From IMG/VR virus record IMGVR_UViG_3300020440_000080, positions 1 through 24,545 of that record: a DNA stretch of 24,545 bases. The stretch is one strand, 5' to 3'. The DNA is from a virus. Taxonomy: Duplodnaviria; Caudoviricetes. Below the pieces are notes generated by a model. It had not been told where the DNA came from and ran no database searches. It saw only the letters and a list, made by a program, of their open reading frames with translations. How positions within the stretch are numbered: position 1 is the stretch's first letter; every line of letters begins with the position of its first letter. Positions 1 to 6,835 of the stretch are shown one piece after another. The position numbers and the translations under genes are program-made.

Positions 1-1
1 C

Positions 2-2047
2 TCCTGTTTCTCCAGCTGCAGAACTAACAAGGTCTTGCTCTGATTTGTCTAGATTTATTGTTTCACCAGCTGCACCTTCAACACTTGGTTCTTCTCCACC
101 ATCCTTGGCTGCATCTTGACCAATACCCATTTGTTCCATTGCATAGTCTTTGAGTTGTGCCATTTTAGCATTTGCATCTGTAGGATTTGTTATTAAATCT
201 TTTTCGTAATCTGTTCCGTGTATATCTTTGTACATATCCTTTGCAACTAAAGCTGCATCAACAGGAAGACCAGCAACTGAAGGTAAAAATATTCCACCAG
301 CCTCCATGGCTGCCCCAGTGTAATCTCCTTTAAATAATCTACCTAACGCAAAGATTCCGCCAGCAACTGCTCCTGCTATCGGTATCATCTTTAGTCCAAA
401 CTTTGCACTATTTTTCAAGAATGATTTTGCAAGAACTTTTGGTGCAACTTTTGCTGCTGTTTTTCCTGCCTTAGACGCCCCTTTAGCAGCAGTTAATGTT
501 GTATCAGCTGCTGTTGCAACTTTCTTTGCAACACTTTCTCCTGGCACACTGGTAATTTTTGGACTTGCAGATACCTTTGGAGCATCGGGCATTACTGGTG
601 CTTTATTTGGTGTTACTGGTGCATCGACTTTTGGTTTGAGGTCTGGTGCATCCATTGGTTTAAGTTTGGCATCTGGTGCATTTGGGGCTGTCACCTTTGC
701 ACTTGGAGCATTACCCATAATATTTTTAGTTTTATTTGCAAGAAACCCACCAGTAGCAACTGCAGCTGTTCCAGCAAGAAGACCACCTCTTTTTAATAGA
801 CTTCCCCCACTTTTTAATAACCCACCAGATTTTTTAAGTGCTCCGCCTATCCCTTTTTTAGCACCACCAAGGAGGCCTGTGAGACCAAGAGTACCAGCGA
901 TTCCACCAATAACATCACCAAGCATATCACTCATGAATCCCTGACCACCACCAGTTTCTTGGTTTGCAGTAATTGTATTATTTTCTTTTAATAAATCGCC
1001 TTGTCTTTCTATTTCTTTTAATTGTCGTTGTGCAAGTCTTTTCGCTTCTCTGTCTGCTTCTATTTTTGCAAGGTCTGAATTTGCCTGTTCATCAATCATG
1101 AACTTTAACAGGTCTCTTATTTGTTCTAGATATGGCGGGTTTTCGAACAGTCCATCTTTTGTTAACTCATGTAAAGCTCCACCGTCTTCTACGCCTTCTA
1201 CTTTTGCTTCTACCTTTTCTGGTGCTGAACTTTCTACAGGTGAATCTACAGGAGTTATTTCTGGTTGGGCGACATCGATTCCAAATTTTTCTTGTAACTC
1301 TTCAATTCTTTTCTTTTCTGCTTCTGCATTATCTCTTCGTAATTTTTCAGTTTTTGATTGTTCTATTAACTGGTCTTTTAATTTGTCAATATAATCTTGT
1401 TCACTTATTCCTAATTCTTTAGACCTATCTACGACTTCTTGTCTATCAACATTTAATTTTTGTAGTGTTTGTTCATTAGTAATTTGTTCTCTTAATACTG
1501 AATATTCTTGTTCTTGTTGTTGTTGAGCCGCAGTTATTCTTTCATCTCTTTCTGCCTGTTCTTGCTTTTGTTGTTTCTTTTTCTCTCTACTCTCGTTAAA
1601 TTTATCACCAATAAACTTTGTAGCTAACATAAGAGCAGGACTATCTGCTATAACACCAGCACCGACACTAGCAATATCTACTGAGTTTTCTGATATTGTC
1701 TTACCTATCATTTCTTTTGCTTGGTTCATAATTGTAGTGTTCGATGAGACTACTTTTTCTTGATTGTTAAGAAGGGACAAAATATTACCCCTATCTCTTT
1801 CGCTTATTCTGTCAGACGCTAGAATTTTTTCTTTTAAAGTTGAAAGGTCTGCTCGTGTACTTTTTAATTGACGAACACTCATTTGACCTTGTTCTTTAAT
1901 TAGTTTTGAAACTTCATCAAATGCTACGTTGGCGGTATCACCTTCTAATGTACCTGATAACTTTTCTAATTCGCCTGATAGATTATTCAGTCCACCATTA
2001 TATGAACTTAAGTTTTCTATTACATTGTCGAGTGATTGAATAGCCAT
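2..2047 (-). CDS. Probable tail tape-measure / tail-length determinator (T4 gp29 analogue); partial, >682 aa, runs off the window
   Basis: Not in the ORF track (no stop in window). ATG at 2047 directly follows the TAA of the upstream gene. Hand translation starts MAIQSLDNVIENLSSYNGGLNNLSGELEKLSG. A K/E/Q/R-rich helical N-half is followed by Gly/Ala-rich hydrophobic segments (GDVIGGIAGTLGLTGLLGG; KMIPIAGAVAGGIFALGRLFKGDYTGAAMEAGG). It lies downstream of gp26/gp51. The ORF is well supported; the function is inferred. Confidence 0.65.
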   Translation of the reverse strand, partial: MAIQSLDNVIENLSSYNGGLNNLSGELEKLSGTLEGDTANVAFDEVSKLIKEQGQMSVRQLKSTRADLSTLKEKILASDRISERDRGNILSLLNNQEKVVSSNTTIMNQAKEMIGKTISENSVDIASVGAGVIADSPALMLATKFIGDKFNESREKKKQQKQEQAERDERITAAQQQQEQEYSVLREQITNEQTLQKLNVDRQEVVDRSKELGISEQDYIDKLKDQLIEQSKTEKLRRDNAEAEKKRIEELQEKFGIDVAQPEITPVDSPVESSAPEKVEAKVEGVEDGGALHELTKDGLFENPPYLEQIRDLLKFMIDEQANSDLAKIEADREAKRLAQRQLKEIERQGDLLKENNTITANQETGGGQGFMSDMLGDVIGGIAGTLGLTGLLGGAKKGIGGALKKSGGLLKSGGSLLKRGGLLAGTAAVATGGFLANKTKNIMGNAPSAKVTAPNAPDAKLKPMDAPDLKPKVDAPVTPNKAPVMPDAPKVSASPKITSVPGESVAKKVATAADTTLTAAKGASKAGKTAAKVAPKVLAKSFLKNSAKFGLKMIPIAGAVAGGIFALGRLFKGDYTGAAMEAGGIFLPSVAGLPVDAALVAKDMYKDIHGTDYEKDLITNPTDANAKMAQLKDYAMEQMGIGQDAAKDGGEEPSVEGAAGETINLDKSEQDLVSSAAGETG
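560..870 (-). repeat. Degenerate peptide repeats in the tape-measure candidate
   Basis: GG-AKKGI-GG-ALKKS-GG-LLKS-GG-SLLKR-GG-LL (6-7 aa period), followed by Pro-rich [ND]AP repeats (NAPSAKVTAPNAPDAKLKPMDAPDLKPKVDAPVTPNKAPVMPDAPK). Confidence 0.6.
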
Positions 2048-2338
2048 TTATTTGTTACTTTTACTAGACCCTAGATACAAACCAAACCAAGCCGCCCCAG
2101 CGCCAACAACGATACTGACCAATCCAGATTGTTCTAAATTTGGAGTGGGCAATGTCATAAACCATATTACTACTTTATATAATAGTATTATGTATGTTGT
2201 GATGAATATTCTTGGAAAAATTCTCCAAGAATCTATTGCTTTTGCGAGATGTATTAACCATTGAAATTGATTCTTAGAAGAATCTACAGTTGAGGTATCA
2301 ACCTCTAATTCGATATTTACTTTTTTAGTTTCTGTCAT
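2048..2338 (-). CDS. Small two-TM membrane protein, possibly holin-like
   Basis: 96 aa with two hydrophobic stretches (IFPRIFITTYIILLYKVVIWFMTL; GLVSIVVGAGAAWFGLYLG) and a short basic tail. SD-like AAGAGG precedes the ATG. The DxWRIFPR...WFMxLPxP...GAGAAWFGLY pattern resembles a family I recall from marine phages. Confidence 0.6.
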   Translation of the reverse strand: MTETKKVNIELEVDTSTVDSSKNQFQWLIHLAKAIDSWRIFPRIFITTYIILLYKVVIWFMTLPTPNLEQSGLVSIVVGAGAAWFGLYLGSSKSNK

Positions 2339-2349
2339 GATTGCCTCTT

Positions 2350-2574
2350 TTATTTTTTATTTTTTTGACGAGCCTCTTCCTCACGCAAATATCTCATTAA
2401 CATGTTTATATAAATCTCTCTCTCCCACGGTAGCATATTTTCAAGTTCCGTCAAACTATATTTATGATATTGCATTAATGCGAAATTAGTTTGATACAGG
2501 GAGTATAATGTTTCATGATATAGGCTTAGACGAAAAAATCCGTGATTCCTCGCAATTGAAAACTTGTAGACCAA
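2350..2574 (-). CDS. gp51: gp51-like baseplate hub assembly chaperone, C-terminal module; probably expressed as a -1 frameshift extension of gp26; the annotated TTG start is doubtful
   Basis: YQTNFALMQYHKYSLTELENMLPWEREIYINML matches the short gp51 proteins of marine T4-like phages. The ORF overlaps the gp26 3' end in the -1 frame. The first in-frame ATG (2475) lies inside the conserved motif. Confidence 0.85.
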   Translation of the reverse strand: MVYKFSIARNHGFFRLSLYHETLYSLYQTNFALMQYHKYSLTELENMLPWEREIYINMLMRYLREEEARQKNKK

Positions 2575-3254
2575 CCACAGTGTTTACATTTGACTTCAGC
2601 ATTAGTCATTGTGGTTGGCATTGTTGCAAAGAAATTGTTTATTTTTTCGAACTGTTCATTAGTCAATTCTTCAAGGAACTCTATTACCTTTTCCTTTGAA
2701 TACTCCTTAACATCATGAGAATCTTCTCCATCATATATTTGTTCTATACAATCTACTACTACATCCAAGACTTGTTCAAAATTATCCATTTTCGAAATAG
2801 TAGATAATAATTTGAAATCTGGGTATTTCATAATTACACCGATTTTGTCAGTCAGTAGAATATTGTTAGTGTGGTCTACATTATTTTCAATAATAACATT
2901 ATCAAGATTGATATCAAACCTAATATCAACTTTCTTTGATTCCTGTCCTTCGGGTGGTTCATGCGTACAGTCATGCTTGTAATTCAACTGTAAAATTTTC
3001 CCTACAGATTTACTTCTAATATTAACAAACAACCATTCGATATCAAAGGTTGCCAACTTATCTACATTAACAGGCGATAGAATACAGTTGGTAATTATTT
3101 GTTTTACTGCACGAATTTGTTCTTCTTGGTCTTCACCTTCCTGTGCCATCAGAAGAATTTTTTCTTCTTTTATCAGGAAGGGTCGGTACTGGATTTTTTG
3201 GTTGTTCGATGGGAGTGTTAACTCGTACATCGGTGTATCTATTTTGGGTAACAT
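2526..3254 (-). CDS. gp26: Baseplate hub assembly protein gp26
   Basis: LPKIDTPMYELTLPS..YRPFLIKEEKILLMA, FDIEWLFVNIRSKSVG, IGVIMKYP, FF.TMP, C-terminal CKHC and GITDFF are the T4-like gp26 signature. SD AGGA upstream. Confidence 0.92.
   Translation of the reverse strand: MLPKIDTPMYELTLPSNNQKIQYRPFLIKEEKILLMAQEGEDQEEQIRAVKQIITNCILSPVNVDKLATFDIEWLFVNIRSKSVGKILQLNYKHDCTHEPPEGQESKKVDIRFDINLDNVIIENNVDHTNNILLTDKIGVIMKYPDFKLLSTISKMDNFEQVLDVVVDCIEQIYDGEDSHDVKEYSKEKVIEFLEELTNEQFEKINNFFATMPTTMTNAEVKCKHCGWSTSFQLRGITDFFV
2532..2538 (-). promoter_or_regulatory. Candidate -1 programmed ribosomal frameshift heptamer T_TTT_TTC
   Basis: The minus strand reads CGA GGA ATC ACG GAT TTT TTC GTC TAA in the gp26 frame. 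The -1 frame continues TTT TTT CGT CTA AGC CTA TAT CAT into gp51. The heptamer fits X_XXY_YYZ in the correct phase. Confidence 0.7.
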
Positions 3255-3275
3255 ATTTTAATATCCTATAAAAAA

Positions 3276-4115
3276 TTAACTAAAGAAGCTTCTAACTCCA
3301 CTAGTAAGGTTTGCAAAGCTACTTCTAACAGTTCTGTTTACATCAGCAAAAGAACTAGTTACACTTTCAAATTCAGCCTTTCGTTGTTGAATATTACTTG
3401 GTATATTCGACATAATCATAGATTCTGGTGATATAGATTGCATCGCTAGTAATTGGTCTAACGAAGGTCTAGGACTGAATGGTGCTGTCAAATCTACTGG
3501 TTGAGTAACAGTAGATGATTGTGGATTTGGTTGTTGTGGGTTGCCAACTTGACCCATATTTGCACCAGACCTAGTATGGTATTCTTGAGACCATTTAGTA
3601 TATGCAAATGTTATTTGACAAGTCGCTGGAGCTTCTGCCTCGTAAGAATATGCAATTTGACCTATCTGGATAGGAAATGCATCTAGAAAACTACAAGTAA
3701 AGACAGACTGCCCTGTGGGGTCGAATGAATGAAATTTTGCATCTATTGTATACATATTCGAATATTCAACTAATGCATCGTTATAACCAATGATATGGTC
3801 AACCCATTTGGTGAAATAGTTTCTTTCTCTGGCATCGTCACTTAACATCACAGTAAAATTTAAATCTTCGTATAGTGTTGCATATGGAGATTTTCTGAAA
3901 GGCCCATAGTATTTAACTTCAGATGTTGCTAATTGTTTTCCAGGCAACTCAAGTGACGATACTCTAACTGCAATTTGCCTCAAGTCATTTTGGTCTCCAC
4001 CAGCCATAACAGGGGGTGCTGGTATTTCCATCACATACTTGTTAGGTATCATTACACCCTGTTTATTAATCGTAGAGATAAAGGATGATGGAGAAAACTG
4101 GTCTTTATCTAACAT
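3276..4115 (-). CDS. gp54: Baseplate tail-tube initiator (gp54-like, tube-protein fold)
   Basis: N-terminal F..I...G...PNKY.M.I, then LPGKQLAT, GPFRKSPY, ERNYFTKW.D.I, L.DAFPIQIGQI.YSY and ITFAYTKW, followed by a low-complexity C-terminal tail. Position next to gp2 and gp26 fits. Confidence 0.75.
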   Translation of the reverse strand: MLDKDQFSPSSFISTINKQGVMIPNKYVMEIPAPPVMAGGDQNDLRQIAVRVSSLELPGKQLATSEVKYYGPFRKSPYATLYEDLNFTVMLSDDARERNYFTKWVDHIIGYNDALVEYSNMYTIDAKFHSFDPTGQSVFTCSFLDAFPIQIGQIAYSYEAEAPATCQITFAYTKWSQEYHTRSGANMGQVGNPQQPNPQSSTVTQPVDLTAPFSPRPSLDQLLAMQSISPESMIMSNIPSNIQQRKAEFESVTSSFADVNRTVRSSFANLTSGVRSFFS

Positions 4116-4116
4116 A

Positions 4117-4719
4117 TCAATTTGCCTCTCTTAGTGAATCAGACCAGACTTTGGACTGAGATGCTTTCTTGAAATTCGCAACTGGTAAAAATATTGCAAT
4201 ATCCCATTCATCAGCATTAATATGTACAAATCGACTCCTAACTTGAGAATACAAATATCGTTTTACTGTTGGTTTTATTACACCAAACTTACTCAAACCT
4301 TTTAAAGTTTGATATGTTACAGCAAGTTTAGTTGTCTCATTGTACGATTTATTATTAGTTATTTTACTCAAACTATCCATTATTACCATTCTATATGTAG
4401 GTGAAACATAATGAAGATTGATTCCTAAAAAACCACCACCATAAGTATCTATACAAAATATCAGAGGAAATTCATCATAATATGGTAATTCGTTTTTATA
4501 TTTTGGATTATAACTATAACAATACATCCTTCCAACAGTGGGTACAGCTCTTGCTCTTTCAGATGCACTAAGAAGTTTTTTTCTGCCCGGCTGTCGAGAA
4601 AACAATCTTCCTAGTATGCTCGTCCTAACCTTTTTGAAAAACCATTCTCTTGCCGCTGGAGAATTGGGTCTTATACCCTTTTTTTCTAATTGTTTTAACA
4701 GTGGTTCGAAATTTGCCAT
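4117..4719 (-). CDS. gp2: DNA end protector protein gp2
   Basis: GRMYCYSYNPKYKNELPYYDEFPLIF, GFLGINLHY, VKRYL, W.IAIFLPVANF and VWSDS motifs; adjacent to gp4. Confidence 0.93.
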   Translation of the reverse strand: MANFEPLLKQLEKKGIRPNSPAAREWFFKKVRTSILGRLFSRQPGRKKLLSASERARAVPTVGRMYCYSYNPKYKNELPYYDEFPLIFCIDTYGGGFLGINLHYVSPTYRMVIMDSLSKITNNKSYNETTKLAVTYQTLKGLSKFGVIKPTVKRYLYSQVRSRFVHINADEWDIAIFLPVANFKKASQSKVWSDSLREAN

Positions 4720-4723
4720 ACTA

Positions 4724-5173
4724 CTATTTATTTCTCGTATCTATGTGGTCTTCGGTTAAAATTTTAAATTCCCAATTTTTATTTTTACAATATAGTTTTG
4801 CAGCTTCCCATTTCGCAGAGTTTACACCCCACGTTTTTGTTTCATACATATATCTTACTTTGTTCTTTGTTTTCTTGGGTGGTTTAGTTTCTCTTTTTGG
4901 TTTAACTTCTATAACTTTTGTATTGATACCATTCTTTCCTTGGACTCTAATAATAAAGTCTGGATAGTATCTGTGTAATCTATTGTCAATAGGAGACATA
5001 TAGGGAATAGAAAGTTCTTCACTACTCCATGCTATGATTGAGGAGTTCGTGTCACAGTATTTCATGAATCTTCTTTCCCAGAGAGAACGAAATATAATAT
5101 TTGATACATCACCTTTGTATTTTTTAGGATTTTCTGGTGTATACCTACCTTTGTAAGTAAACCTTTTTGCCAT
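4724..5173 (-). CDS. gp4: Head completion protein gp4 (TnsA-like PD-(D/E)xK nuclease fold)
   Basis: YKGRYTPENPKKYKGD, FRSLWERRFMKYCD, WSSEE, HRYYPDF, IEVKP, VNSAKWEAA and FKILTE motifs. SD AAGGA upstream. Confidence 0.95.
   Translation of the reverse strand: MAKRFTYKGRYTPENPKKYKGDVSNIIFRSLWERRFMKYCDTNSSIIAWSSEELSIPYMSPIDNRLHRYYPDFIIRVQGKNGINTKVIEVKPKRETKPPKKTKNKVRYMYETKTWGVNSAKWEAAKLYCKNKNWEFKILTEDHIDTRNK
4725..4732 (-). promoter_or_regulatory. Variant T4-type late promoter (AATAAATA) 5 nt upstream of the gp2 ATG
   Basis: The minus strand reads AATAAATA-GTAGT-ATG, one mismatch to TATAAATA with the ATAAATA core intact. It overlaps the gp4 stop codon. Confidence 0.5.
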
Positions 5174-5186
5174 GTAGAAAAATCCT

Positions 5187-5194
5187 TATAAATA
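5187..5194 (+). promoter_or_regulatory. T4 late (gp55-dependent) promoter TATAAATA for the gp48 operon
   Basis: Exact TATAAATA in the intergenic gap, 43 nt before the gp48 ATG. Confidence 0.85.
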
Positions 5195-5204
5195 GTTTCG
5201 TTAC

Positions 5205-5212
5205 TATTTATA
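5205..5212 (-). promoter_or_regulatory. T4 late promoter TATAAATA for the gp4-gp2-gp54-gp26 operon
   Basis: Plus strand TATTTATA equals TATAAATA on the minus strand, 31 nt before the gp4 ATG. Confidence 0.85.
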
Positions 5213-5237
5213 ACACACTAGAGGAAGAGTTAATTCT

Positions 5238-6152
5238 ATGGAAATAGGTAGAGGTATACAAACAAAATTCCAAAAAGAAGCAGCTAGTAAATTGGCCAAG
5301 ATACAGGAAGCTGCTCAAGCGAGGACACCAAGCGAAGAGATGCGAGAAAATGCCGCCAAAATGACAGGCAGTTCTGGCGACCTCAGATTTCCTTTGAGTT
5401 TATCTCAGGGAGAACTACAACATTATATGACATTTGAAATTAGTGAATTTAAGAAAATTGCATACCAGCCTGGAGATGTTGCAACACAAGAAAGTTCTGT
5501 TCCTAATAATCCTCATACCACTATTAGTTTATATATTCCAGAACAAATAGCAATGAAATCAACAGCTGCATATGAAAATATGGGACTTAACTTCGCAAGT
5601 GAACTGTTTGTTGACAACCAAGGCGAAACTGGAGGTATTATGACAGCTGCAGGCGATTTTTTAAAAACAATGGGGATAAAAGGTCTGACAGCTACAGGCG
5701 ATTTTTTTGCCAATGAGGCTGGAGAGATTGGACTTCAAAATAAAGGAATGGCATCAAATGCTGGTAAAGTAGTTCTTTTTAGGGGAATAGATTTTAGAAC
5801 TTTTAGTTTCAGTTATAAGTTTTCTCCAAGAAATCAAGATGAGTCTGATGCTGTCGCAAATATAATAAAACAATTCAGAAAAGGTATGTTACCAAACCTT
5901 CAAGGTGGTGGAATGTTCTATACAATACCCGATACATTTCAACTAACATATAAAGTAATGGGAAGTGATAGTACTGGTGCAAAGTATTTACATAAATTTA
6001 AAACTTGTAGTTTATTAGATTGTGATGTTCAATACGGTGCAGATGGAACTTTCGGTGTTTTTAGAAGTGGTGCTCCTACCAATGTACAGATGACACTAAC
6101 TTTCCAAGAAACATTACAAGTAACAAAAGACGATGTAGATAAGGATTACTAA
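5238..6152 (+). CDS. gp48: Baseplate tail-tube cap gp48
   Basis: LRFPL, ISLYIP, VLFRGIDFRTFSFSYKFSPRNQDES...II..FR..MLP, KFKTC.L, G.P....MTLTFQE motifs; first gene of the rightward operon, followed by gp53. Confidence 0.9.
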   Translation: MEIGRGIQTKFQKEAASKLAKIQEAAQARTPSEEMRENAAKMTGSSGDLRFPLSLSQGELQHYMTFEISEFKKIAYQPGDVATQESSVPNNPHTTISLYIPEQIAMKSTAAYENMGLNFASELFVDNQGETGGIMTAAGDFLKTMGIKGLTATGDFFANEAGEIGLQNKGMASNAGKVVLFRGIDFRTFSFSYKFSPRNQDESDAVANIIKQFRKGMLPNLQGGGMFYTIPDTFQLTYKVMGSDSTGAKYLHKFKTCSLLDCDVQYGADGTFGVFRSGAPTNVQMTLTFQETLQVTKDDVDKDY

Positions 6153-6835
6153 TGCCTAGTCATTTTAAATTTCTTCCAAAAGTCGAATATGATATCGATA
6201 ATGATGGCAAAACCAAAAAAGAGATGACCAACATCTTTACTGTGATGAGGGTTGCTGAAAGTTTTGCAAATAATCCTCTTGCGTATTATGAGTATCAAGT
6301 AAAGGATAGTGAAACCCCAGAAATGATTGCCTCATTATATTATGGGTCACCAACTTATAGTTGGGTAGTTTTGATGTTGAATAATATTATTAATGTAGAA
6401 GATGAATGGCCAAGAAATTCTAATGTAACTGATAAAGTCATTCTTGGTGAATATGGAAGTAGACTGGCTGCAGATCAAGACATTCTGTACTATGTAAGAA
6501 AAAATACTACAGAAGATTATTATGTTGTGGTTGAGTGTGAAAGTCCAACTATTAAAAAGGGTGTCCTTTATAACGCTGATACATGGAGAAGTAAAATTTT
6601 TCCTTTAATAAAATTTAATGATGTTTGGACTGAATTTAAAGTTACTTCACCAGACTATAAAATATCAAAAACCACATACGAAAATCTTGAAGGAACAGAC
6701 AAGAATCAATATGAAGTTTTTACTGGACTAGACAAAATACAACAAGCAAATACAGGAAGTCGGATTATAAAACTTCTTGCAAAAGATAAGTTAAAAGAAT
6801 TTTTAGATGAAGTTGAGAGAGTTGCTAAATTATGA
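6152..6835 (+). CDS. gp53: Baseplate wedge subunit gp53 (LysM-like)
   Basis: HFKFLPKVEY and YEYQVKDSETPEMIASLYYGSPTYSWVVLMLNNI...EWP. TAATG overlap with gp48. Confidence 0.9.
   Translation: MPSHFKFLPKVEYDIDNDGKTKKEMTNIFTVMRVAESFANNPLAYYEYQVKDSETPEMIASLYYGSPTYSWVVLMLNNIINVEDEWPRNSNVTDKVILGEYGSRLAADQDILYYVRKNTTEDYYVVVECESPTIKKGVLYNADTWRSKIFPLIKFNDVWTEFKVTSPDYKISKTTYENLEGTDKNQYEVFTGLDKIQQANTGSRIIKLLAKDKLKEFLDEVERVAKL

Noticed and set aside
636-1422. Plus-strand ORFs 636..944, 1098..1394 and 1132..1422
   Set aside because: Antisense shadows of the long minus-strand ORF 2..2047; composition is not protein-like.
2539-2574. TTG start at 2574 for an independent 74-aa gp51
   Set aside because: Weak start codon, no clear SD, and the N-terminal residues do not look conserved. 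Frameshift entry explains the ORF better, though independent initiation is not excluded.
2052-2699. Plus-strand ORFs 2052..2264 and 2508..2699
   Set aside because: Antisense to recognisable minus-strand genes.
4724-5173. gp4 as a TnsA transposase or homing endonuclease
   Set aside because: The fold is shared, but the motifs and the position beside gp2 are those of the core head-completion gene. No terminal repeats or other mobility signs.
4538-5713. ORFs 4538..4759(+), 4650..4967(+) and 5513..5713(-)
   Set aside because: Shadows of gp2, gp4 and gp48.
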